NCBI GenBank assembly: GCA_963730185.1
Contig: CAVSQW010000009.1
Location: 96,001 to 160,000 of the forward strand
Reading direction: 5' to 3'
DNA: 64,000 nt
Source of the DNA: an uncultured Gemmatimonadales bacterium
GTDB taxonomy: Bacteria > Gemmatimonadota > Gemmatimonadetes > Gemmatimonadales > GWC2-71-9
The position numbers and the translations under genes are program-made. Within the stretch, counting starts at the first letter, position 1. Each line of letters starts with the position of its first letter. The notes below the pieces were generated by a model. The model saw only the letters and a list, made by a program, of their open reading frames with translations, was not told where the DNA came from and made no database searches. Positions 39,467 to 51,869 of this stretch are shown one piece after another.

Positions 39467-40423
39467 TCACCCGGTGGGATGAGGTTCCAGGGTCTCCCAG
39501 ACGATCCGGCTCAAGTCGCCGATGAGCACTTCGGCCGCATTGTCCACGGGCTTCCAGCTCTGGTCCTCGTTTCCCGTCGTAAAGACGCAGAGGACGTAGT
39601 CCCGCCCGCCTGTTTCGGGCGGGTCCGACACCTCCTTGCCCTTGGGACGGGGGGCATAGACGATGCCGCAGTCGTTGCGTGAGGCGTTCACCGAGCCGGT
39701 CTTGTGCGCGGCCACGGTGCCGGCCGGGAGGTAGCGGGGGATCTCGTTGGATCCCCAGGCCTGCTCCCGGAGCATGGCGATCATCTTCTCCGAGGCGTCC
39801 CGCGACACCGCCTCGCCGCGATAGATGGTGACGAACATCCGGGCCATCTCCATGGGTGTGGTCACGCCCAGCCCCCACACTCGCGAGGAGTCCGGATCGA
39901 TGCTGGTGGTCCGGCTCCGGCCGACCTTTGCCCACAGCCTCGTGTGATGGTATCCGAGACTGTCCATGCGCTCGTTCACCGCGCGGATCCCCAGCTTGTC
40001 GACGATCAGGTTGGTGGCGGTGTTGTCGCTCTGCGAGATCATGAATGTGGCGGCATCCTTCATCGTGATCCGCAAGGGGGCGTCGAAGAACTGCAGGACG
40101 CCCGACCCGCCGACCCGGTCCACGTCCAGCATCACCACCGGGTCGTCGAGGTGGATCAGTCCGGCCTGGACCTGGCTGAAGAGCTGGATCAAGACGGGCA
40201 CCTTGATGTTGCTGGCGGTCGGGAACGGCTCGTCTCCGCGGATCGAGAGGGAGTCCCCCGACGCCAGATCGAGCAGCACGAGGCCGACCTTGCCGTGGTG
40301 CTGGGCGATCCTGGCGTGCAGCTGACCGCGAAGGGCGGCCCAAGGCGGAGCCTGCGCCGCCGCGCGGGTTGGAGCCAGGAGGGCGACGAGAAGCGTGGCG
40401 GTGGAGACCAGAGAGGCGCGCAT
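39467..40423 (-). CDS. Class A beta-lactamase-related serine hydrolase
   Basis: ASNIK (SxxK), SDN, HKTG; signal peptide. Confidence 0.88.
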   Translation of the reverse strand: MRASLVSTATLLVALLAPTRAAAQAPPWAALRGQLHARIAQHHGKVGLVLLDLASGDSLSIRGDEPFPTASNIKVPVLIQLFSQVQAGLIHLDDPVVMLDVDRVGGSGVLQFFDAPLRITMKDAATFMISQSDNTATNLIVDKLGIRAVNERMDSLGYHHTRLWAKVGRSRTTSIDPDSSRVWGLGVTTPMEMARMFVTIYRGEAVSRDASEKMIAMLREQAWGSNEIPRYLPAGTVAAHKTGSVNASRNDCGIVYAPRPKGKEVSDPPETGGRDYVLCVFTTGNEDQSWKPVDNAAEVLIGDLSRIVWETLEPHPTG

Positions 40424-40647
40424 GCCGGTTGTCCGATGGGTCGGTCAAGCTCCAGCAACCGGCCTTCGCCGGGGACGCGGCTCGGAGCGGGTGACGGTCG
40501 GGAGCGATTCTCCAAGTTACCGGTGGGCTCCGCCAAGGGCGAGCGTCCGGCGACGACCGCGCCCGTCTCGTTCCCCGGGCCACGGCGACCTATCATTCCT
40601 AGTGTCGAGTCGTGTCCAGCCCACTCTCTCGTCGCCAGGAGACATTC

Positions 40648-42234
40648 GTGACGCGCATTCCCGCCATCCGCACCATCCCGCTGCTGCTCGGCCTCGCGCT
40701 TCTGCTACCCCGGGCGGGCGCCGCTCAGGAACGGGTGGACGCCGACATGATCGCGAGGATCCGGGAAGAGGGCTTTCAGCGGTCCGAGATCATGGACCTG
40801 ATCGGGTACATGAGCGACGTGCTGGGGCCACGACTCACCGCGTCGCCCAACATGCGGCACGCCCAGCAGTGGGCCAAGACCAAGCTCGAAACGATGGGCC
40901 TGACCAACGCCACGATCGAGCCGTTCGGCAAGGCGGGCGTGAGCTGGGCCAACGAGTACACCTCCCTCCATCTCCTCGCCCCGACCTACCAGCCCCTGAT
41001 CGGCTACCCCTATGCCTTTACCCGGGGCACGGCCGGAAAGGTGGTGGCCGACGCGAAGATCGTTCGGATCCGCTCCCGGGACGATTTTGCCACGTATCAG
41101 GGCAAGCTCAAGGGCGCGGTCGTGCTGATCTCACCTCCCCGGCCGACCCCGCTTCGCTTCACGGCCGATGCCGAGCGTCTGAACGACGAGGATCTGGCCA
41201 AGCTCTCGAAGGCCACCATCGGTTCCCGGTTCGGGGCGGACGGCGAGGACAACGAGTGGGATCCGGCCGCCAAGAGCTTTCTGCCGGTGGGGCCCCGGGG
41301 CGGGAGCGGCGGCGGGCTCAGTGCGAGCGACGTGCTGCGGTTTCTCCAGCGCGAGGGCGTCGGCGCGGTACTCGACGCGGCGCCGGGCAGTGATGGAACC
41401 GTCTTCGTGTCAGGCCGTCCGGGGAGCCGGGAGGATCGGTCCTACGCCGGGGTGATGGCGGCGCCGCCGATGGTCGCGCTGGCGGCGGAGCACTACAACC
41501 GGATTTACCGGGTGGTCGAGCGGGGGCTGCCGGCCCGGGTGGAAGTGGAGGTCCGGAACACGGTCGACACGACGGATCAGAACGGCTACAACGTGCTCGC
41601 CGACCTGCCGGGCACCGACCTGGCCGACCAACTGGTGATGGTGGGCGGCCACTTCGACTCCTGGCACGCGGGTACCGGGGCCACGGACGACGGCGCCGGC
41701 GTGGCGGTCGCGATCGAGGCGGTGCGGATTCTCCACTCGCTGGGGGTGAAGCCCCGGCGGACGATCCGGGTAGCGCTCTGGAGCTACGAGGAGGGTGGCA
41801 AGGTCGGGTCGCGGTCGTGGGTCGAGCGGCACGTGGGGAATCCCAAGACCAAAGGGCCGCTCTACGACAAGATTTCGGGATACTTCAACGTCGACAACGG
41901 GGGCGGGCGGCTGCGGGGTGTCTACCTCCAGGGCAACGAGCGAGTCCGGCCGATCTTCGCCTCGTGGATGAAGCCGCTGGCCGACCTCGGGGTCGGGACG
42001 CTGACCATCAACAACACCTTCGGCGTGGACATCGTCGGGTTCGACATGGTGGACGTGCCGGCCTTCCAGTTCATTCAGGATCCACTCGACTACGAAACCC
42101 GGACCCACCATTCGAACATGGACGTGTACGACAAGCTGGTGCCCGACGATCTCCGGAGGAACGCGGTAATCCTGGCGACGTTCCTCTACCAGGCGGCGAT
42201 GCGGGACGGAATGCTCCCCCGAGAGACGCGGTAG
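40648..42234 (+). CDS. Secreted M28 peptidase (carboxypeptidase Q-like)
   Basis: GPRLTAS, GGHFDSW, GATDD, YEEG, HHSNMD. Confidence 0.9.
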   Translation: MTRIPAIRTIPLLLGLALLLPRAGAAQERVDADMIARIREEGFQRSEIMDLIGYMSDVLGPRLTASPNMRHAQQWAKTKLETMGLTNATIEPFGKAGVSWANEYTSLHLLAPTYQPLIGYPYAFTRGTAGKVVADAKIVRIRSRDDFATYQGKLKGAVVLISPPRPTPLRFTADAERLNDEDLAKLSKATIGSRFGADGEDNEWDPAAKSFLPVGPRGGSGGGLSASDVLRFLQREGVGAVLDAAPGSDGTVFVSGRPGSREDRSYAGVMAAPPMVALAAEHYNRIYRVVERGLPARVEVEVRNTVDTTDQNGYNVLADLPGTDLADQLVMVGGHFDSWHAGTGATDDGAGVAVAIEAVRILHSLGVKPRRTIRVALWSYEEGGKVGSRSWVERHVGNPKTKGPLYDKISGYFNVDNGGGRLRGVYLQGNERVRPIFASWMKPLADLGVGTLTINNTFGVDIVGFDMVDVPAFQFIQDPLDYETRTHHSNMDVYDKLVPDDLRRNAVILATFLYQAAMRDGMLPRETR

Positions 42235-42238
42235 GGGC

Positions 42239-43201
42239 TCATCGTCCGGAGGCGTTTCCGGAGGAGTCGCGTCGTCGGAAGGTGGCGGGCGACGAACCCG
42301 TGGCTTTCTTGAAGGCCCGGCTGAAGGCGGCCTCTGAGTCGTAGCCGACTTCGGAGGCGATGGCCGCCACCTTGGCGCTGGACTCGCGGAGCCGGCCCGC
42401 GGCCAACTGCATCCGCCACCGTGCCAGGTACTGCATCGGAGGCATGCCCACCAGCTGAGTGAACCGCTCGGTCAGGCTGGACCGGGACGACGCGGCTTCT
42501 CGCGCCAGGTCCGTGAGGGCCCAGCGACGGCCGGGCTCAGCGTGCAGCAGGGACAGCGCTCGTCCCACCAGCGGGTCGCGGAGGCCCGCGAGCCAGCCGC
42601 CGGCATCGTCCGACTCGGCGTCGAGGTATCGGCGCAGCACCTCGATGAACATCAGCTCGGCCAGCCGGGTGAGCATCGACTCGGCCCCGGCCCGCCTCGA
42701 ACGAGTCTCCTCGACCACCTGCCGGGCGAAGATCCCGACGATCCCTTCCGAGAGTGCCCGGATGCGGATCTGTGACGGGAGGGCTGCACAGAGCGGGTTG
42801 AACGGTTGCCGGTCACAGCCGAAGAACTCGCAGACGAGAGTGACGTCGGCGTGCTCCGGATCGCCGAAGGCGGTGACCCCGGGGAAACGCGGTACCGACT
42901 TGACCGAGAACACCTCGGGGCCCGGCTCGGGTCCGCTGGACATGACGTGGGCGTCGCCGCGAGGGAACAGAATCACGTCGCCGGCCTCGAGGGGCACCGG
43001 CGGGGTGCCACTCACGCCGCCCCAGCACCGCCCGGTTAGGACCAGGTGATAGGCGATCAGCTGCTCGGAGCCCGGCAGGATCCGGGGCGAGAGCTCCGAG
43101 GCCGGCGCCGCTTCGATCCCCCAGGGGCCGGAGGCGTGGGTCTGAAAGAAGTGGGCCCCGGTCAGGCGGACGGCCCGCAGCAGGTCGGACAACGGATCCA
43201 T
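42239..43201 (-). CDS. AraC family regulator with Cupin_6 sensor domain
   Basis: MDPLSDLLRAVRL, WLAGLRDP, PMQYLARWRMQLA, GYDSEAAFSRAFK. Confidence 0.92.
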   Translation of the reverse strand: MDPLSDLLRAVRLTGAHFFQTHASGPWGIEAAPASELSPRILPGSEQLIAYHLVLTGRCWGGVSGTPPVPLEAGDVILFPRGDAHVMSSGPEPGPEVFSVKSVPRFPGVTAFGDPEHADVTLVCEFFGCDRQPFNPLCAALPSQIRIRALSEGIVGIFARQVVEETRSRRAGAESMLTRLAELMFIEVLRRYLDAESDDAGGWLAGLRDPLVGRALSLLHAEPGRRWALTDLAREAASSRSSLTERFTQLVGMPPMQYLARWRMQLAAGRLRESSAKVAAIASEVGYDSEAAFSRAFKKATGSSPATFRRRDSSGNASGR

Positions 43202-43230
43202 GGGATCGGCCCCTCGTCGGGCCAGTCGAC

Positions 43231-43306
43231 GGACGTCAGGCCCTGCCGGCGGGACGCCAGAGCAAGGCGTCGGAAGGTCCGGACGTCCTGCAGGGAAGTC
43301 CGGACG
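43231..43306 (+). promoter_or_regulatory. Putative AraC-family binding sites
   Basis: GGACG at 43231, 43252, 43281 and 43302: two pairs spaced 21 bp. Confidence 0.55.
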
Positions 43307-43393
43307 AATGGTCATTCTCGCGTCCTCGACCGGCTCCTAGTCTAGTGGCCGACCCTTTGCTTCACCAACGTCTTCCACCCGGAGCCGACCACC

Positions 43394-44239
43394 ATGACCC
43401 AGCCTTCCACCGCCGTTTCCCCCGCCGCGTGGTCCCCCTTGGCGGAGGGCGACCCGCTGGTGACCCGGACCCGCGCGGTCTGGACCGCCGGCGACTTCGA
43501 GCGGATCGCGGCCGGCTATCGGAGCGGGGCCGCCGAGTTCGTGACCCGGCTCGACCTGCCGGCCACCGAGACGGTGCTCGACGTGGCCTGCGGCACGGGG
43601 AATGTCGCTCTGCCGGCAGCGACCGGGGGCGCCCGCGTCACGGGAATCGACATCGCCCCGAATCTGCTCGCCACGGCTCGGGCGCGAGCCGTGGCCGAAG
43701 GCCTCACGATCGAGTTCGACGAGGGGAACGCCGAAGCCTTACCGTACGCCGACGGCGCGTTCGACGCGGTCGTTTCCATGTTCGGTGCGATGTTCGCCCC
43801 GCGCCCCGAGCGGGTAGCCCACGAGCTGCTCCGGGTGGTCCGCCCCGGCGGGCGGATCGCGATGGCGAACTGGACCCCGGGCAGCTTCATCGGCGCCATG
43901 CTCCGGGCCCACACCGCGCTCGTCCCTCCGCCGGCGGGGGTCCCGAGCACCCTGCTCTGGGGTGACGACGCCAGCGTCCGCGAGCGGCTGGCGGGCGCCC
44001 GGGAGGTCGCGCTCACCCGGCGAGTGATCGTCTTCGAGTACCCGGTCCCCCCCGAGGGCGTGGTGCAACTGTTCCGGGAGTGGTACGGCCCCACCATCCG
44101 GACGTTCGGCGCCCTCTACGCGGCCGGTCAGGAGCGTCTGGTCCGGGACCTGACGGCGCTCTGGTCCGACCACAACCTGGTGCGCGACGGCCGGACCAGG
44201 GTCGAGTCGGAATACCTCGAGGTGAGGGCGACTCGCTAG
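43394..44239 (+). CDS. Class I SAM-dependent methyltransferase
   Basis: VLDVACGTG, GNAEALPY, SMFGAMFAP, RPGG. Confidence 0.92.
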   Translation: MTQPSTAVSPAAWSPLAEGDPLVTRTRAVWTAGDFERIAAGYRSGAAEFVTRLDLPATETVLDVACGTGNVALPAATGGARVTGIDIAPNLLATARARAVAEGLTIEFDEGNAEALPYADGAFDAVVSMFGAMFAPRPERVAHELLRVVRPGGRIAMANWTPGSFIGAMLRAHTALVPPPAGVPSTLLWGDDASVRERLAGAREVALTRRVIVFEYPVPPEGVVQLFREWYGPTIRTFGALYAAGQERLVRDLTALWSDHNLVRDGRTRVESEYLEVRATR

Positions 44240-46083
44240 CGAACCGGTGCCAGGGGCAGCTCCACCCGGGAGGGGTGGGTCAGGTCCCGATAGATCCACA
44301 CCATCGGGGGCGGGAAGGGATGCACCTGATGGTGGGTGTCGCGATCGGCGCCCGTGACGGTTACCCGGATCCGATGGCCGCTGACGAATCGCTTGGCGGT
44401 CGGCAGCAGGTCGAACACCAGTTCCACGGGATGATTGGGAAGGAGCGATACGTCCTCGATCCGACCCGAATGCCACGGCAGACCGAAGTTCCGGTAGGGC
44501 GCCGGATCGAGCTTTCGCTGGGATCCGCGGAGCACGCCTTCGGTCACGTAGCGGGAGGTCCCGTCGGGGGCGACGTCCTCGAGATAGGCGAAGACGTCGG
44601 CGTCGCTCATCGACGAGCGGAGCCAGAGGTGGACGATCGGGCTCCCGATCACCTCGACGTCCCGAGCAAGTGACTCCGACGTCCAGGTCCATCCTTTCGC
44701 GTCGTTGGCCCGCAGGTCCGGGTACCCGGCCTCGCCGCCGTAGGTATTCGCCCATCGGGTTCCGGGGCCGAGGCTGGCGGTGGTGTCGACCCACTGGCTA
44801 TCGGCGCCGGCCGCGTTTCGAGGGGCCGTCCGCGCCAGGCGCCCGTCGTTGGCCGAGGAGATGGTGCCCGAAGGACCCGCGGTGAGGTAGAACGGAGTGG
44901 CGACGGCGGACGGGATCGGCCAGGTGGTGGCCGTGCGCCACGCCTTGCCGTCCGGGGCGTCGAGCACGTAGTACCGGATCGGCGGCTCCTTCATGATCCC
45001 GTTGTCGATGCCCTTGAGCCAGTAGTCGAACCAGCGGACCCGCTCGAGGCCGAGATCGAACCCCTGACTCTGGCCGTGAAACCAGGGTCCGACGATGAGC
45101 TTCTGGGGAACGGTGAGGTTGCCAAACCAGAGCAGCTGATCGCGCGGGAAGGCGTCCATCCAGCCCGCCATCTGATACACGGCGACCCCGGATCGATTGA
45201 GACCGTCGAGGTAGGTCGCCGGTCCTCGTTCCCGGTGAATCATCTTGCCGGTCAGTGGATCGATGCTGTTTCGGTAGGGTACGCCGCTCCACATGTCGAG
45301 CATGTTTCGGTTGGCCCGATGCTCGGCGATGGCGGAGTCGCGGAGGGCGGGGCCGTCGGGACCGTCGACCGGAGCCACGCCGTCGAAGGTCAGCGGGCCC
45401 CAGCTGAAGTGCTCCGAGCGGTCGAGCTGCTGGGTGAGGCGGTTCCAATGGTCGAAGAAATCGTCCCGGAATACGCCGCCCGGGTAGATGAACGGGTACC
45501 ACTCGAACACCACCATCTCCGGGAAGATCGCCTTGAGATGGGGCGGCCGTTCCGCGGCGGCGAAGAGCTGGGTGATGCCGAGGTAGGAGCGTCCGGACAT
45601 TCCGATTTTTCCGCTCGACCAGGGCTGGGCCGCGAGCCATTCGGTGATCTCGTAGGCGTCCCTGGCCTCTTCCCGCATGAAGAAGCCCTCCTGGGTGCCG
45701 AACGACGCTCCCCCGCCCCGGGTGTCGACCACCGCCACGACGTAGCCGTGGCGGAGCAGCTGATCGATCCCCCGCCCGAAGCCGGAGGGATAGTCGACCA
45801 GCTGCCCCTTGCTGTAGAACGCCCGCAGGTACCGGTGGTGCGACCAGACTACGGGAAGCCGCTCCTGGTGGAGCACGCCGCCCCGGGTGGGACGGAAGAG
45901 GTCCACCGCGAGGCGGGTGCCGTCGCGCATGGTCAGGTAGAACGAGCTCCGTTCCCACCCGTCGTAGCTGGCTTCCGAATACCCCTGGTACTCCCCGGGG
46001 CGGGAGACCTTGGCCTGGCCCGCGAGCGCGGGGACGAGGACGAGCGCGACGGCGAGCATGACACCGGCACGACGGAGGCGCAT
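44236..46083 (-). CDS. CocE/NonD (S15) family hydrolase, secreted
   Basis: MRDGTRLAVD, DTRGGGASFG, GRSYLG, GPWFH. Confidence 0.9.
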   Translation of the reverse strand: MRLRRAGVMLAVALVLVPALAGQAKVSRPGEYQGYSEASYDGWERSSFYLTMRDGTRLAVDLFRPTRGGVLHQERLPVVWSHHRYLRAFYSKGQLVDYPSGFGRGIDQLLRHGYVVAVVDTRGGGASFGTQEGFFMREEARDAYEITEWLAAQPWSSGKIGMSGRSYLGITQLFAAAERPPHLKAIFPEMVVFEWYPFIYPGGVFRDDFFDHWNRLTQQLDRSEHFSWGPLTFDGVAPVDGPDGPALRDSAIAEHRANRNMLDMWSGVPYRNSIDPLTGKMIHRERGPATYLDGLNRSGVAVYQMAGWMDAFPRDQLLWFGNLTVPQKLIVGPWFHGQSQGFDLGLERVRWFDYWLKGIDNGIMKEPPIRYYVLDAPDGKAWRTATTWPIPSAVATPFYLTAGPSGTISSANDGRLARTAPRNAAGADSQWVDTTASLGPGTRWANTYGGEAGYPDLRANDAKGWTWTSESLARDVEVIGSPIVHLWLRSSMSDADVFAYLEDVAPDGTSRYVTEGVLRGSQRKLDPAPYRNFGLPWHSGRIEDVSLLPNHPVELVFDLLPTAKRFVSGHRIRVTVTGADRDTHHQVHPFPPPMVWIYRDLTHPSRVELPLAPVR

Positions 46084-46127
46084 GGGCTGGACTCCTCGTG
46101 GAGGGAACCTGCGCGGTGGCCGTTTCC

Positions 46128-47675
46128 TCAGCGGAAGGCGGCCTCGAGCACGTGGCCGTCGAGCCGCTCGGTCGGTTTCACGTCGGCGACGGCCGCCAGC
46201 GTCGGGGCCATGTCGACGACCCGGACCTCGCCGCCGTAGCGGCCCGGCTTGAAGGGCGGGCCGTAGAAGATCATGGGGACGTGGGCGTCGTAGTCGTGTG
46301 GCGAGCCGTGCGTCGCGACGATCGGGTAGTCCCAAATGTCGCCCGCTGCGAGGGTGACGACCACCTGGGGCTCGAGGTCGTCGGGGAACATGTGGAGCCA
46401 GCGTCGGGCCACGGCGTCCTTGGTGGTGTCGACCTGGTCGAGCTGATCGAACCGGTCCACCCGGGCGACGCCGGGAATCTGCCGCGCCGCCCGGATGAAC
46501 GCGTCCATGGCGACCGCGCGAACCGCCGGTTCGGCGAAGAAGGCCCCGCTCTCGAGGTCGATGGCCGTCGTGTCCCCGCCGGCCTTCGCGATGGCGGCGC
46601 GGGTCGCGACCATCGCGGGCGCCATGTCCACCCGGATGTGTCCGTGGAGCTCGGGGATCGGGTCGACCCCGTGATCCGCCGTGAGCGCGAAGACCACCTG
46701 GCTCGAATCGACGAGCTGGTAGAGTGAGTCGATGAATCGGCCCAGGGTGCGATCCAAGCGGAGGATCTGGTCGTGGATCTCGCGCGACTCGGGGCCGAAG
46801 CGGTGGCCGATCTGATCGGTTGCCGAAAACGAGACTGCGAGGAGATCGGTCTGGGGTCCCTGTCCCAGACCGAGTGTCGCCGCCCCGTCGAGCGCGAACG
46901 CGGCGTCGAGCGCATCCATCATCGGGAAGATGATATAGAACGCCTCGGCCCGGGCGGTGTCCGCCGGGATCTGGTGAGGGAAGACCAGGTTCCGACCGAA
47001 GTTCTCGATCGGCACGCTGTCCTTCTCGGCGTACTCGGACGCGGGTCGGAGCAGGGTCCATTCGGTGCCCGCGGCCCGGGCCGGGATCCGGCGCGCGTTG
47101 AACCGCTGGACCCAGGTCGGGAGGGTGTCGGCGTACCAAGTGCTGGTCGTGAAGGTGCCGTTCGATCCGTACCAGTAAACTTGCTGCTTGGACCGGCCGA
47201 TCGGCAGGATCGCGGCCCGGTCCTTCTGCGACACCGAGAGCACCTTGGTCCGGGGATCCTTGGCCACCAGCCAGTCGGTCAGGGTGGTGCCGCGGAATCG
47301 GAACGGCGCCGCGCCGAGATCGCGGGGCGCGCCGATCAGGGGCCAACGGGGGTCGTTGACGCCCAGCAAGTTGCGGGTGATGCCGGTGCTGCTCGGGTAG
47401 CGGCCCGACATGGTGGTCGCATGGCCTGGTGCGGTCTCGGTGATGGCGTGGTCCTGGAACGCGTCGGTGAAGTAGGCGCCTCCATCGAGGAGCCGCTTGA
47501 GCCCGCCGGTGAACTCGCTCCGGTAACGAGCCAGATAGTCGGGATGGAACTGATCGACGGTGATGAAGACGACGAGCCGGGGCGGCGAGGTCCGGGCCCG
47601 CGGTGAGGACGGGGCCGGCGCCCCGCAAGAGATGATCAGGACGGCGGCGGCGAAGACGGCTGCTAGGCGATTCAC
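46128..47675 (-). CDS. Alkaline phosphatase family lipoprotein (PafA-like)
   Basis: Lipobox IISC; VDQ, TETAPGH, KDRAA, GHRFGP, TADHG, THGS. Confidence 0.9.
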   Translation of the reverse strand: MNRLAAVFAAAVLIISCGAPAPSSPRARTSPPRLVVFITVDQFHPDYLARYRSEFTGGLKRLLDGGAYFTDAFQDHAITETAPGHATTMSGRYPSSTGITRNLLGVNDPRWPLIGAPRDLGAAPFRFRGTTLTDWLVAKDPRTKVLSVSQKDRAAILPIGRSKQQVYWYGSNGTFTTSTWYADTLPTWVQRFNARRIPARAAGTEWTLLRPASEYAEKDSVPIENFGRNLVFPHQIPADTARAEAFYIIFPMMDALDAAFALDGAATLGLGQGPQTDLLAVSFSATDQIGHRFGPESREIHDQILRLDRTLGRFIDSLYQLVDSSQVVFALTADHGVDPIPELHGHIRVDMAPAMVATRAAIAKAGGDTTAIDLESGAFFAEPAVRAVAMDAFIRAARQIPGVARVDRFDQLDQVDTTKDAVARRWLHMFPDDLEPQVVVTLAAGDIWDYPIVATHGSPHDYDAHVPMIFYGPPFKPGRYGGEVRVVDMAPTLAAVADVKPTERLDGHVLEAAFR

Positions 47676-47847
47676 GAGATCGTTACTCGGGCGAGGAGGG
47701 CAGAGTGGGATAATACCCGTCGGAGCGCGACAGAGGAACGGGCCACGCCCCCCGAGATCACCCCCAGAGCGCCCCCCTCGCGGCCGGCGGCGATCCGGGC
47801 TATATCACCGGGACCACTCCGCCCCAAGCGATCACGATGGAGGTGTC

Positions 47848-48894
47848 ATGCTGGTCCGGCTCAGCCTGCTCGGCCTGCTCGTTGCCGTACCCGCCCAGGC
47901 CCAACTTCCGACCCCGAAGGAACCGGAACGGTTGTTCCGGTCCCGAGAGCCGCTCGACCTGACCCTGCTCGCCCCGCTCAAGGCCCTCTTCAAGAATCGC
48001 GACACCCTGGACAAGAAGCCGGTCGAAGGCATCCTGGTGGTTCGCGAGGGCACCTCGGCGGACTCCATTCCCGTCAAGCTCGAGACTCGCGGGCACTATC
48101 GCCTCAAGTCCTCGACCTGCCGGTTCGCGCCGCTCAAGGTGTATTTCGACAAGCCGGCCGCCAAGGAAACCCCGTTCCGAGGCCAGGGATCACTTAAGCT
48201 GATTACCCACTGCAACGACAACGAAAAATACGAGCAGAACGTTCTGGTCGAGGAGGGGATCTACCGGGTCTACAACCTGCTGACCCCACTGAGTCACCGG
48301 ACCCGCCTGGCTCACATCCGGTACGTCATCATCGACGACGAGGATCACGGCACGCCGAAGGAGATCACCCGCTACGGTTTCTTCCTGGAGGACGACGACG
48401 CGATGGGCAAGCGGGTGGGGGGCAAGGAGAACATGGTCCCGAGCCTTGCCCTGAGCGATCTGGACGTAGATCAGGTCGACCTGATGTCGGTGTTCGAGTA
48501 CATGGTCGGGAATACGGACTGGTCGGTCTACGCCCTCCACAACGTTCGGGTGGTGCAGTTCGAAGGGCTGAGCTTCTTCTATCCGGTGGCGTACGACTTC
48601 GACTTCTCAGGACTCGTGAACGCTCCCTATGCCGTGCCGGACTATCGGCTGCCGATCAAGAACGTCCGCCAGCGGCTCTATCGAGGGCCCTGCCGCAAGC
48701 TCGAGGAGCTGACCCCGATGCTCCAGCGTTTCATCGGGCGGAAGGACTCGATCGAAGCGATCTTCCGCGACCAGCCGGGGATCGATCCGAAACGGGTCGA
48801 GGACGTGGTCGAATACCTGGACGACTTCTTCGAGCAAGCCGCGTCACCCAAGGATTTCGACCGCGCCCTCGACTACGCCTGCCGGAACCGCTAG
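47848..48894 (+). CDS. Secreted hypothetical protein, CotH-like atypical kinase motifs
   Basis: Signal peptide; TRGHYR, LKL, GNTDW..HN, YDFD; GGAGG RBS. Confidence 0.65.
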   Translation: MLVRLSLLGLLVAVPAQAQLPTPKEPERLFRSREPLDLTLLAPLKALFKNRDTLDKKPVEGILVVREGTSADSIPVKLETRGHYRLKSSTCRFAPLKVYFDKPAAKETPFRGQGSLKLITHCNDNEKYEQNVLVEEGIYRVYNLLTPLSHRTRLAHIRYVIIDDEDHGTPKEITRYGFFLEDDDAMGKRVGGKENMVPSLALSDLDVDQVDLMSVFEYMVGNTDWSVYALHNVRVVQFEGLSFFYPVAYDFDFSGLVNAPYAVPDYRLPIKNVRQRLYRGPCRKLEELTPMLQRFIGRKDSIEAIFRDQPGIDPKRVEDVVEYLDDFFEQAASPKDFDRALDYACRNR

Positions 48895-48895
48895 G

Positions 48896-49917
48896 TCAGC
48901 CGGCGACGTCCCAGGTCCGGCCGGCTCGGAGCAGCGTTTCCAGGTCGGCGGGGCCTTTCGCTTCGGCCATCTGCCGGTACACCGCGTCGGTGTAGGACCG
49001 GTCCGGATGGCAGTAGAGCACGCCGAGGGCTTCGGGGAAGGTCGGCGGCGCGAGGCCGGCCAGCAATGCCGCCAGGGTGCGGTTGGTCTCGTCGTGCACC
49101 AGCACGTCGGCCTCCGCGACCCCGCCCTGTCCCACCGCCACCACTTCGAGATCGAGGCTGTTGGGCCGGAGCCGGAGCCCGTGCTCCCGATTTTTGCCGA
49201 AGAGGAGGGGCTGGCCGTGCTCCACCAAGAGCTGGCGCTCGGGCGCGACGGCCTTCTGGGTGAACTCGTCGAACACACCGTCGTTGTAGACAACGCAGTT
49301 CTGGAAGATCTCGACGAAGCTGGCGCCGTGATGCTCGTGGGCCCGCTTCAGGACTCCGATCAGGTGGGCCTGCTGGGTGTCGACCGAGCGGGCCACGAAC
49401 CGGGCGCCGGCCCCGAGCGCGAACAGTGCCGGGGTGACCGGGGCTTCGAGCGAGCCGAGCGGCGTCGAAGGTGACTTGGTGCCGACCCGGGAGGTCGGCG
49501 AGTACTGCCCCTTGGTGAGCCCGTAGATCTCGTTGTTGAAGAGCAGGATCTGGGTGTCGAGGTTCCGGCGGAGCACGTGCAGCATGTGATTGCCGCCGAT
49601 GCTCAACCCGTCGCCATCGCCGGTGACGATCCAGACGTCGAGCTCCGGCTGGGCGAGCTTGAGCCCGGTGGCGATTGCCGGCGCCCGGCCGTGGATGGTA
49701 TGGAACCCATAGGTCGACATGTAGTACGGGAACCGTGACGAGCAGCCGATGCCGGACACGAACACGGTCGACTCGCGGCGGGCGCCGATCTCGGCCAGGG
49801 TGCGCTGCACGGCCTTGAGAATGGCGTAATCACCGCAGCCGGGACACCAACGGACCTCCTGATCGGAGGCGAAGTCGTTGGCCTTGAGCTTCTCGGCGGG
49901 AGGCGGAGGCGCGACGG

Positions 49918-49921
<4 letters not shown>
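48896..49921 (-). CDS. korB: 2-oxoacid:ferredoxin oxidoreductase subunit beta
   Basis: WCPGCGD, SGIGCSSR, HGRA, GDGD, NNEIYGLTKGQ. Confidence 0.94.
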
Positions 49922-51792
<1,871 letters not shown>

Positions 51793-51869
51793 GACTTCAT
51801 CTATCCAGAGAAAAGGTCCGTAGCTGTAAGGTGGTAGCGTCCGGGGCGAATGGAAAGCGGGCCCGGGCC

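Noticed and set aside
39467..40423. Bona fide antibiotic-resistance beta-lactamase
   Set aside because: SxxK/SDN/KTG present, but the class A omega-loop ExxLN is not evident; function uncertain
44236..47628. 1130-aa ORF as a giant fusion protein
   Set aside because: The upstream half is an off-frame read of the phosphatase gene; the real CocE gene starts at 46083
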